Virus record (IMG/VR): IMGVR_UViG_3300037462_000481
Coordinates: 1-32,521 of that record
DNA from: a virus
Lineage: Duplodnaviria > Caudoviricetes
Length of the DNA stretch: 32,521 nt
Reading direction: 5' to 3' (one strand)
Part shown: one piece after another, positions 9,553 through 17,274 of the stretch
How the letters are laid out: each line of letters begins with the position of its first letter
Numbering within the stretch: position 1 is the first letter of the stretch
Translations under genes and position numbers: made by a program
Notes under the pieces: model-generated
What the model was told of the DNA's origin: nothing
The model's input: only the letters and a program-made list of their open reading frames with translations
Databases searched by the model: none

Positions 9553-9897
9553 ATGTCTCTCTTGAATCAAATCCGCCACGATCTGCTCTGCAAGGCCCGC
9601 CTGCAACCGGGCGAGGTCGATGCGTTGCTGGCTCACCCCGAGCTCGCCGTCGAGACTGCGAAACCGACGCCGACGCAAGTGATCTTGCGCGACATCTTGC
9701 GGCAATCGCCCGAGGCAGCTGTCTTGCGGCGGGCGCTCGGCACGTTCGAGCGTGATCTGCACCGCCCGGCCGGCAGCGAGGCCCCGGCCGTGGCCGAAGC
9801 CGCGACCGACGAGCAAGCCGAGCAGCTCGGCCACACCGCCAGCAACCCGGCCATCGACGGCCTGGTCGATCCGCCCACCGGCGGCAACGGCGACTGA
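9553..9897 (+). CDS. Hypothetical protein
   Basis: GGAG SD before ATG 9553 (MSLLNQIRHDLL...); acidic disordered C-terminus. Confidence 0.6.
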   Translation: MSLLNQIRHDLLCKARLQPGEVDALLAHPELAVETAKPTPTQVILRDILRQSPEAAVLRRALGTFERDLHRPAGSEAPAVAEAATDEQAEQLGHTASNPAIDGLVDPPTGGNGD

Positions 9898-9945
9898 AAA
9901 CGGGACTGCTGACCAACAACCAACGCCTGACGACCAACGACCACG

Positions 9946-10473
9946 ATGCCAACGCCTTCGGGAATCATCAGCGAGCCCAAAGACATCCTCCGCGACATGC
10001 TCGCGGAGTGTGCCAGTTGGCGCGCGTTCCTGAATGCCGGCAGCGAGGCCGCGGCCAAGGCCAAGACCTACAACGATTTCATCTTCGGCGATGAGACGCT
10101 GCAGCTCGCTCGGCCGTTTGCGATCGTCACGTTTCCCCGGATCACGCTCGAAACGATCAGCACCAGCGCCGGCAAGCTCGACTTGTGGCCGCGGCACCGA
10201 GAGCTGATGGTGCAAATGTTTTGTGATGATCCCGGCCGGCCGACGATCGTGGCCAACAAGATCCCGATCGTCGAGATCGAAACCGGGACGCTGCTCTTGG
10301 AGAACTTCATCGGCAACTTGTTTACCGAGCTCAAGGAGTTGTCGGCGGCAGACGATCGACTGGCGATCAATCGGCTCGACTGGTCGCAGCCCTGGGTCCG
10401 CAGCAAGCCCGACACCTGGCCGAGCGAAGCGGCCAACTGTTATTCCTTTTTTACCGTGGGGGTCGAATGGTAG
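9946..10473 (+). CDS. Putative tail terminator / neck protein
   Basis: 175-aa alpha/beta protein at the usual position upstream of the tail tube. Confidence 0.5.
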   Translation: MPTPSGIISEPKDILRDMLAECASWRAFLNAGSEAAAKAKTYNDFIFGDETLQLARPFAIVTFPRITLETISTSAGKLDLWPRHRELMVQMFCDDPGRPTIVANKIPIVEIETGTLLLENFIGNLFTELKELSAADDRLAINRLDWSQPWVRSKPDTWPSEAANCYSFFTVGVEW

Positions 10474-10497
10474 CGGCGAATCCCAGCGAGGTGCGTG

Positions 10498-11034
10498 ATG
10501 CGAGCGATCGTGCCCTGGTCTTTCAGCGTGACATTCAAGCGGCCGCCCGACGTCTCGATACGCCAATGGCGCACCGGGATGCGCGACGCCTGGCGCGGCG
10601 TGGGGCAGCACTGGCAGCAGCAAATGCTGCCGCGGCACTTCACACGGGCGGCGGCCGGCATGTACGGCCACAAGCCGCGCACGGCCAAGTACCTGGCCCG
10701 CAAACGGCGCGGCGGCTTCAACCGCTTTGCCGCGCGGCTCGGCATGACGGTCAAGTACGGCGGCGAGGTCGACAACGTCCTCACGGGGCGGATGGAAGAA
10801 TCGCTCCGGCTGCCGGCGCGGATCATCGCCTTTCCGAGCCGGGTGACGATTCGGATGATCGGCCCGAGGTATATGACCTTCAATCCCCGCGTGGGAGGGA
10901 ATCAACCCAACAAGCCAGCCGAACTGACCCGGCTGACGAGTGACGAGCGCGAGGAACTCTCGGACAAGTATCACCGCGATGTCCTGGCCCGTTTCCGCTC
11001 TGCCACCCCTGAACCGCTCCAAGTCCGCCTTTAG
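10498..11034 (+). CDS. Putative neck / virion morphogenesis protein
   Basis: GAGGTG SD; basic protein with YLARK and NVLTGRMEESL motifs typical of neck proteins. Confidence 0.6.
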   Translation: MRAIVPWSFSVTFKRPPDVSIRQWRTGMRDAWRGVGQHWQQQMLPRHFTRAAAGMYGHKPRTAKYLARKRRGGFNRFAARLGMTVKYGGEVDNVLTGRMEESLRLPARIIAFPSRVTIRMIGPRYMTFNPRVGGNQPNKPAELTRLTSDEREELSDKYHRDVLARFRSATPEPLQVRL

Positions 11035-11082
11035 TTTGTCCGCCTCTAGTTTTTTTCACCACATTTCCCGGCGAGTGACATC

Positions 11083-12030
11083 ATGCCGATCGACACCCTC
11101 TACTACCTGGCCGGCCTGACGATCGAAGGGGCCGCCGCCGCCAACGAAGGCGAACTCCGCGTCGTCGAGCAGTTGGACGCGCCGCTCAATCAGCAATTCT
11201 TTGACGTGTTCCAAGAGTCGCATCCCGAGCCGACCACCAGCACGATCATGGCGATCAAGCCGGAGCTGACCTTTCGGACGCATGCCTGGGAAGCGCTCAA
11301 TCTCTGCGGCTACGCCGGACTGGCCAGCCAGGCTGATGAGCCGCGCACCGGGACGCTCTATTTTCGGACCGCGGCGAACCTCGGCACCCGCGTCTCGCGC
11401 GACGACGAATCGCATCTGCGGTTCCAGGTGCACGACTTCCTGATGTACATCACCAGCCTGCGGTTGCCGTACCAGCAGCCGGCAATGGCCGACGTCCGGC
11501 TCAAGCCCGCCTGGGACGGGACCACGGCCCCATTCCTGTACGGCGGTGTGGATGCGGCCCTGCCGTTCACGACGACGCCGTTTAATCGGCTCTACACGTT
11601 GAGCATGATCAAGTTCGCCACGACGGTGATCGATCAGCACAGCGACGTCACGATCAACTTCAATCAGCAGGTCGCCGAGCTGGGAGCCGACGATGACATT
11701 TATGACTCGACGGCCGTGATCAACAGCATCCGCCCCGAGATCTTGCTTTCGGGCTACGACTTCACCCGGTTCAACTACTTCACCGAAGCCGGCCCCGGCT
11801 CGGTCGGCACCGTCACGCTGTTCTTGCGCCGCAAAAAAGAAAACGGCACCTACTACGCCAACAACAGCGCCAACCACATCAAGATCGTGATGACGGCCAA
11901 CCATTGGGTGGCCGAAAAGGTGAGCGGCGGAATGAACGCCCCCGGAATGATCAGCACCCGGCTCCGGCCGTTGGCGTACGACGTCGAGACGCCGTGCATG
12001 GAGATCAGTTTCGATCAGACAATCGCCTAG
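11083..12030 (+). CDS. Probable major tail tube protein
   Basis: 315 aa, beta-rich, between the neck genes and the chaperone/tape measure genes. Confidence 0.6.
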   Translation: MPIDTLYYLAGLTIEGAAAANEGELRVVEQLDAPLNQQFFDVFQESHPEPTTSTIMAIKPELTFRTHAWEALNLCGYAGLASQADEPRTGTLYFRTAANLGTRVSRDDESHLRFQVHDFLMYITSLRLPYQQPAMADVRLKPAWDGTTAPFLYGGVDAALPFTTTPFNRLYTLSMIKFATTVIDQHSDVTINFNQQVAELGADDDIYDSTAVINSIRPEILLSGYDFTRFNYFTEAGPGSVGTVTLFLRRKKENGTYYANNSANHIKIVMTANHWVAEKVSGGMNAPGMISTRLRPLAYDVETPCMEISFDQTIA

Positions 12031-12087
12031 CAGCCGCCAGCGGCGGGGCTCGGTCAAGGTCACACTTTTTTCAAACGAGGACGAACG

Positions 12088-12366
12088 ATGGCAATCCGCG
12101 AAGAAGACCAACGCCAGGTGGTCGCGCTCTTGCGGCAGCATGGCGGCGTGCAGACGGGCAAGGCTGTCGCCGCCGCGGCGAAGCTCACCGAGAAACAGCA
12201 GCTCGCCCTGCTGGCCGATTACCGGACGCTGGTCAAACCGCTCCGGACGTTGGCCGAGTCGGTGCTGGCGGCCGCGGACAAAATCGAGCCCGCCAAAGTT
12301 GAGCCCGCCGCCGAGGTGCCCGCGACCGACAACCTCAATGCGAGCAACGCGGAGCTGACCACGTAA
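12088..12366 (+). CDS. Hypothetical helical protein
   Basis: GAGGA SD before the ATG; 92 aa. Confidence 0.6.
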   Translation: MAIREEDQRQVVALLRQHGGVQTGKAVAAAAKLTEKQQLALLADYRTLVKPLRTLAESVLAAADKIEPAKVEPAAEVPATDNLNASNAELTT

Positions 12367-12369
12367 GCG

Positions 12370-12675
12370 ATGCCGTTTTTCGTACTCAACGCCGTGCTGG
12401 CTCTGATCTCGATCGTCGGGGGCTTGTCCCTCTACACCGAGTTGGAGAACACGCGCCGGACGTTGCGGATCACGGAGCAGCAAGTTTTGGCCGCAGACGT
12501 GGAAATAAAAATCTGCAAAGACAAGGCCAATGAAATGATCGCGCAGCGGAACGCCGCTTTTCAGGTGGTACTGCGGCAGAACGACCAGCTGCAAAAGTTT
12601 CGCGACACCCTGACCCGCCACCGGATCGAGTGGCACGAAGAACCTGGAATCGTGTTGGAGATCGCCCCGCCATGA
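12370..12675 (+). CDS. Membrane-anchored coiled-coil protein
   Basis: N-terminal hydrophobic helix FFVLNAVLALISIVGGLSLY followed by a heptad-like region. Confidence 0.65.
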   Translation: MPFFVLNAVLALISIVGGLSLYTELENTRRTLRITEQQVLAADVEIKICKDKANEMIAQRNAAFQVVLRQNDQLQKFRDTLTRHRIEWHEEPGIVLEIAPP

Positions 12676-12869
12676 TCCTGATCCCGATCATCATCACCAT
12701 CGGTTGCCTGTATCAGATGCTCAAACCATCTGAACAGAGCAGCGATGCGCTCGCGTTTCTGCCAATCTTACTAAAGTTGTTTTGGTTGATCCCGATCGGG
12801 TTTTCTTGGGCAATTTACTTCGCGTTTGCTTTGATCTTCGCATTGAGCGGGAAAGGTTTTTGGTTATGA
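12672..12869 (+). CDS. Small hydrophobic membrane protein (65 aa)
   Basis: ATGA overlaps at both ends; 2-3 hydrophobic segments. Confidence 0.65.
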   Translation: MILIPIIITIGCLYQMLKPSEQSSDALAFLPILLKLFWLIPIGFSWAIYFAFALIFALSGKGFWL

Positions 12870-13534
12870 AAAACATCATTATTTTCGCTTTGTTCCCTGT
12901 CTGCATTGGTCTTCTGTTGGGCGCTCACGTTGTCGAACAAAGAAAACTTCGTAACGACATTTGGGTGCTCGAACAGAACGCCCAGGCTTACGACAAGATG
13001 GTCGAGGCCCACGTGGCCGAGACAAAACGCCTCGAAGCGTGCGCCCTCCGTCAGATCGCTAGCCTGATCCAGATCTGCGAAGCCAACGACATCCGGCTCG
13101 CGCAGAACATCGAAACGAGCGAGTGGGTCGAAGGTCCGAAGCCGCTGACACCCGCCGAGCTCGAGGAATTCCGCGACGCCTGGCTGCAGCGGCTCGAGAC
13201 GGGGATCAGCCCGATGAGCGGCCGGCCGATCTCGCTCAACGATCCACTCAACGGACCGACGGTGGCCCTGATCGCCGGCTTGAAGGCTGGGCGGCACGTG
13301 CGTCAGACGTTGGAGCAAACCGAACTGGAAAAAGCCCGGGAGAAAATCCATCAGCTAGAAGAAACGATCGAAGTCCACAAGCTCGCCGGCCGGGAGGTGC
13401 ACAAGTTGATCAAAGCGCTCGACAAGTTCGTGATCGAACATCCCGAGGTCGCGGACGATTTTCCTAGACATCCCTTTCGTGTTGCCGACGAAGCGGATGA
13501 GAACGATCACCAAGATGAGGCTCCAACACTATGA
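12866..13534 (+). CDS. Membrane-anchored coiled-coil protein
   Basis: ATGA overlap at 12866; MKNIIIFALFPVCIGLLLG anchor, then coiled-coil segments. Confidence 0.65.
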   Translation: MKNIIIFALFPVCIGLLLGAHVVEQRKLRNDIWVLEQNAQAYDKMVEAHVAETKRLEACALRQIASLIQICEANDIRLAQNIETSEWVEGPKPLTPAELEEFRDAWLQRLETGISPMSGRPISLNDPLNGPTVALIAGLKAGRHVRQTLEQTELEKAREKIHQLEETIEVHKLAGREVHKLIKALDKFVIEHPEVADDFPRHPFRVADEADENDHQDEAPTL

Positions 13535-13776
13535 GAGACCTGCTGCTCTATGTGATGTTTTCAGTCGCTCCCGCGGTACACGATTCCCGTCCCGTGCGTG
13601 TGAGTGCTCACTACAGCCATCACATCCCGGCAGTCTTCTGCACGTATCGTTACCAGTCCCATTACAGCCTCTGGCTCTTTCACCAACACGACACGCTGGC
13701 CCTCGGCATACAAGCCGCTGGCCAGCCCAAGTATTACGCCTTGTTTCGCACCATCCCCGAACAGCAACAGCCCTGA
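13531..13776 (+). CDS. Hypothetical protein, His/Tyr-rich (81 aa)
   Basis: ATGA overlap and GAGG SD. Confidence 0.45.
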   Translation: MRDLLLYVMFSVAPAVHDSRPVRVSAHYSHHIPAVFCTYRYQSHYSLWLFHQHDTLALGIQAAGQPKYYALFRTIPEQQQP

Positions 13777-13797
13777 CACTTCTAGCTCCTCCCTCAC

Positions 13798-13826
13798 TCC
13801 CCGCTCGTGCGGGGCTGTTGCTTTTT
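13798..13826 (+). terminator. Putative terminator closing the inserted gene block
   Basis: CCCCGC-TCGT-GCGGGG hairpin followed by CTGTTGCTTTTT. Confidence 0.4.
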
Positions 13827-13846
13827 GAATCCCTAGCCGAATCGCC

Positions 13847-14794
13847 ATGACGCCCCGCTATTTCTTCGCCAACGCTTCGCTCGCCGACTTCTGCACCGGG
13901 GACCAAATCCGGCCGGAGTTTCTGGCAGCTTACGAGTTGGCCTGGGCATGGCGGGACATCACGCACAAGGGGCAGGTCTCGTGCTACGAGCACAACCGCG
14001 GCCCGGGCGATCAGCCGGGCTTGTTCGTCTGGATCCATCCCGGCAAAGAGTTGCGGTACCTGCCGGGCAAGCAGCACTGGCACGAATGCCAAGCCGCCCC
14101 GCCGCCGCTGGTCCGTGACGGCACGGCGCTGGATCGCCGCGTGTGGCTCGGGATCGACGAGGGGCAAGAGGTGCAGCCCGCCGATCTGAAACGCGAGCAG
14201 CTCACCGGCGGCTGGAAGGTCTCGCTCTACGAAGAGCTGGAACCGGTGATCGTTCCCGTGATCCGCAGCCCGCGCCGCGATCGGATCAACATCCCCCAGC
14301 GGATGCACTTCGACGCCGCGGGCCAGGTCGTGCTCACCGTCCGCGAGCAATGGCACTGGCTCTGGGATGGCGTCGGCCGGGCCTGGGACGTCCTCACGGG
14401 CAACGGCGAGGCGTTTGGCTATGCCGAGGGGCTGCAGCTCGCCCTCGACGTCCTGGCGGTCAATTATCGCTATAGCCGCTACGAGCAAGAGGTCCTTGGC
14501 TGGCTCGATACGAGCAACTGGCTCGACGTGCTTTACACGGCGACCGATGTCGGCCTGGTGCGGGAATTGTTGGCGGCCGAGACGGATAAAAAAAAAGCGG
14601 TCCCAACCCCAGCACCCGCGTCGTCAACTGCCGAGCCTGGCTCGCCGGCCGCCTCCCCGAGCATCGACCCAGCCGCGGCGAGTTGTTCCTTGCCAGCCGC
14701 TGACGACGCGCCAGCTGCTAGCGATGGGCCAGCCGATGAAGAACCGCTGCGCCGGGCTTGGCATGCACGCCACCAACCACGTCGGGAGAGCTAA
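13847..14794 (+). CDS. Probable tail assembly chaperone (gpG-like) with a -1 frameshift site
   Basis: Immediately upstream of the tape measure gene; A9 run at 14588-14596 encodes KKK. Confidence 0.7.
   Translation: MTPRYFFANASLADFCTGDQIRPEFLAAYELAWAWRDITHKGQVSCYEHNRGPGDQPGLFVWIHPGKELRYLPGKQHWHECQAAPPPLVRDGTALDRRVWLGIDEGQEVQPADLKREQLTGGWKVSLYEELEPVIVPVIRSPRRDRINIPQRMHFDAAGQVVLTVREQWHWLWDGVGRAWDVLTGNGEAFGYAEGLQLALDVLAVNYRYSRYEQEVLGWLDTSNWLDVLYTATDVGLVRELLAAETDKKKAVPTPAPASSTAEPGSPAASPSIDPAAASCSLPAADDAPAASDGPADEEPLRRAWHARHQPRRES
14588..14597 (+). other. Programmed -1 frameshift slippery sequence (A AAA AAA)
   Basis: Fits X XXY YYZ in the chaperone frame at the canonical G/GT location. Confidence 0.7.
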
Positions 14795-14797
14795 CGC

Positions 14798-16303
14798 ATG
14801 AGCACCTCGCTCGACCAAAAATTCACCGCTGACGCCGCGCAGGTTGAAGCCGTCTTCGAGAAAATGAAGCGGCACAACCAGGATCTGCTCACGCAACTGC
14901 AGAAGCTCAAGACCGAGACCAAGCAGGGGCACGATCAAGCCAACAAAGGGGAAAAAGACCGGAGCAGTTTCTTGCAGGGGACGATCGGCGATGTCACCAA
15001 ACTGGTGGCCGGGTATTTCTCGGTCAACGCTGCGGTCGGGATGATTACCAAATCGTTCCAGCACGCCGCCGAGCAGATGGAGAAGGCCAACAAGCAGGCC
15101 GAGGACATCAACAACAAAGTGATCGCAGCCGGCGTCGCCACGCGGGATCTGCAAAATGCGGACCGGATCAAAGCGTTTGCCCAGACCGCGGCGGCCCAAG
15201 GCCTGGCGACCCAAGACGACGCGCTCACGATCTACCGCGAAGCGAGCCAGGCACACCCGGGCGCGAGCTTCGAGCGCAAGCAGCAGATTGCCATGGCGCT
15301 CCTGCCGCAGCGGGCGATCCTGAATGACGACGAGCTCGGCGATTATGCGAAGGTGGCCGGCAAGAATGCCAAGCTCTTCGGCGACGGCACTGCGGCCAGC
15401 GAGATCGCCGACATCACGCTCGCGATGCGCGAGATGGCCGGCATGCGGTTCAACGAGCTCAAGGACCGTGACTTCGACAAAGGGGCCTACAAGCTCGGGG
15501 CGAGCGGCGCGATGAGCAAAGAGGAGGGCCTGGCGTTTGCCGTCTCGGCCGTGGTGAACAACCAGGAAGCGGGGATCATCGAACGCTTTGCGAATAAGAT
15601 CTTCGACACGATGGACACCAAGCAGCTGCAGCCCGGGATGACAGCGGCGCAGCGGCGCGAGACGCGGCTCGAAAATCAATACGCAAAGATGACGCCGGCA
15701 CAGCGTTACGAAGCGCTCAAGAGCGACGACAGCATGGCGCGGGCCGTGCTCGACAGCGATTACCTGAATTTCAAGCAGCTGCAGCAAGACGTGCCGCGGA
15801 TCACGGCCAACTTGCAGGCGGCTGCCGCGCCCGGCGATTACTCGGGAGCCAGGCTCAAGGAAGCGGGGACGCAAGCCGTTGTCCAGGAACGGATGGCCCG
15901 AAATCGTTTGGCAGCGCAAGGGAGCGACGCGATCGGCGAGCAAGAAATCCGCGCCCAAGCGATCGCCCGCGCCGTGCAGTTCGTCAACCAGAGCGTCGAC
16001 AAGAATGATCCTATTGGTCCCGACTGGGCCTACAAAATCAACGCCGCGCAGTTGGACTACCAAACGTTCAACCTGGCCCCCCAGGACATTGCCGAAAAAG
16101 CGCTCACTAAATCGCTCGGCACCGGCTTGACCCAGGAGCAGCAAGACGCCTTCATCGCCCAAGAGCGTGACCTGATCACCAAACAACTCGAAGCGGCCAA
16201 GGCCATGAAAGACGCGGCCGACGCACTCAAGAGCACGCCAGACGCCGCGAAGGCTGTGCCGGCCAAACCGCTCGACATCCGCAGCAATCGGGAGGGACGA
16301 TAA
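14798..16303 (+). CDS. Tape measure protein (short, 501 aa)
   Basis: KFTADA N-terminal strand; long A/Q/K-rich helical sequence; follows the chaperone gene. Confidence 0.75.
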   Translation: MSTSLDQKFTADAAQVEAVFEKMKRHNQDLLTQLQKLKTETKQGHDQANKGEKDRSSFLQGTIGDVTKLVAGYFSVNAAVGMITKSFQHAAEQMEKANKQAEDINNKVIAAGVATRDLQNADRIKAFAQTAAAQGLATQDDALTIYREASQAHPGASFERKQQIAMALLPQRAILNDDELGDYAKVAGKNAKLFGDGTAASEIADITLAMREMAGMRFNELKDRDFDKGAYKLGASGAMSKEEGLAFAVSAVVNNQEAGIIERFANKIFDTMDTKQLQPGMTAAQRRETRLENQYAKMTPAQRYEALKSDDSMARAVLDSDYLNFKQLQQDVPRITANLQAAAAPGDYSGARLKEAGTQAVVQERMARNRLAAQGSDAIGEQEIRAQAIARAVQFVNQSVDKNDPIGPDWAYKINAAQLDYQTFNLAPQDIAEKALTKSLGTGLTQEQQDAFIAQERDLITKQLEAAKAMKDAADALKSTPDAAKAVPAKPLDIRSNREGR

Positions 16304-16306
16304 CCG

Positions 16307-16720
16307 ATGGCACTCCCGCTCAACAAGATCGGCCCGCACACGTTTATCTCGCTCAACGGCGAGGCGATCGCGCCGCTCCCCAAGATCGAGCTCTATTCCC
16401 GAGCTGGCACCAACGGCCTGCAGTCGGTGCAGCTCGGGGAGCGCGGCGAACCGTTCACGCTCCGCAGCACCGTCGATGTCGCCTCGATGGAAGACGGCGA
16501 AGGGCTCTACTTGGCCTATGGGGCGATGATCGGCGCGACGACCGAAGAGTTTGTTCTGCACGACGTCGACATCGAGCTCAAGGACAACGCCGTGCTGCAG
16601 ATCCTCGACGTCCGCAAGGTCCTGCTCCGCAAGTTTCTGAGGATGGTCGGCGGCATCAACAGCGGCTCGACGGCCCTGCTGATCTGCGATTGGCAGTGCG
16701 TCCTGCTGGCCAAGATTTAA
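16307..16720 (+). CDS. Distal tail (Dit-like) protein
   Basis: Follows the tape measure gene; GGAGG SD; SRAGTNG loop and beta-rich pattern. Confidence 0.55.
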   Translation: MALPLNKIGPHTFISLNGEAIAPLPKIELYSRAGTNGLQSVQLGERGEPFTLRSTVDVASMEDGEGLYLAYGAMIGATTEEFVLHDVDIELKDNAVLQILDVRKVLLRKFLRMVGGINSGSTALLICDWQCVLLAKI

Positions 16721-16749
16721 CCCGTAACCTTTAGCCCCCAACTCCCGCC

Positions 16750-17226
16750 ATGTCTCTCCAAGCCGATTACAAATTCGCGCTGGCCGCGCAGCAGACGCTC
16801 GACACGATCACCGGGGCCGCGGCGTCGCGGATTGATTACTCGCAATTCGAGGTGAGCGGCCGGCTCAACGCGACCAGCACGCCGCCGGTGACCAAGGCGG
16901 CTTATTTAACGCTGACCGGGACCGGCGTCGATTCGGGTGTGATCGACTTCACGGCGCTGGCTGGTCCCCTCGGTTCGACAATCGACTGCACGGGGCTCAA
17001 GTTGCAAGGCTTCCGCGCCACCAACAAAGCGACCAGCGACGGCTACATCACCTTCGTGCAAGGTGCGCTCACGCCTTACGTGATCCTGGATATGCAAGTC
17101 TATCCGGGTGAAACCTTAATGCACCTGTTCAACGATCGGCTGGAAGACGTCGCCGCCGGCGTCAAGCGAATCGACTGGGACTGCAGCGACGACTGCGAAG
17201 TCGAACTCACCCTGCTATTCGGTTAA
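16750..17226 (+). CDS. Putative tail structural protein
   Basis: 158 aa, beta-rich, within the tail operon. Confidence 0.55.
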   Translation: MSLQADYKFALAAQQTLDTITGAAASRIDYSQFEVSGRLNATSTPPVTKAAYLTLTGTGVDSGVIDFTALAGPLGSTIDCTGLKLQGFRATNKATSDGYITFVQGALTPYVILDMQVYPGETLMHLFNDRLEDVAAGVKRIDWDCSDDCEVELTLLFG

Positions 17227-17274
17227 GCCGGTATTTCGGCCGATCAACACCTCCCTTAGCCCCAACCCGTCCGC

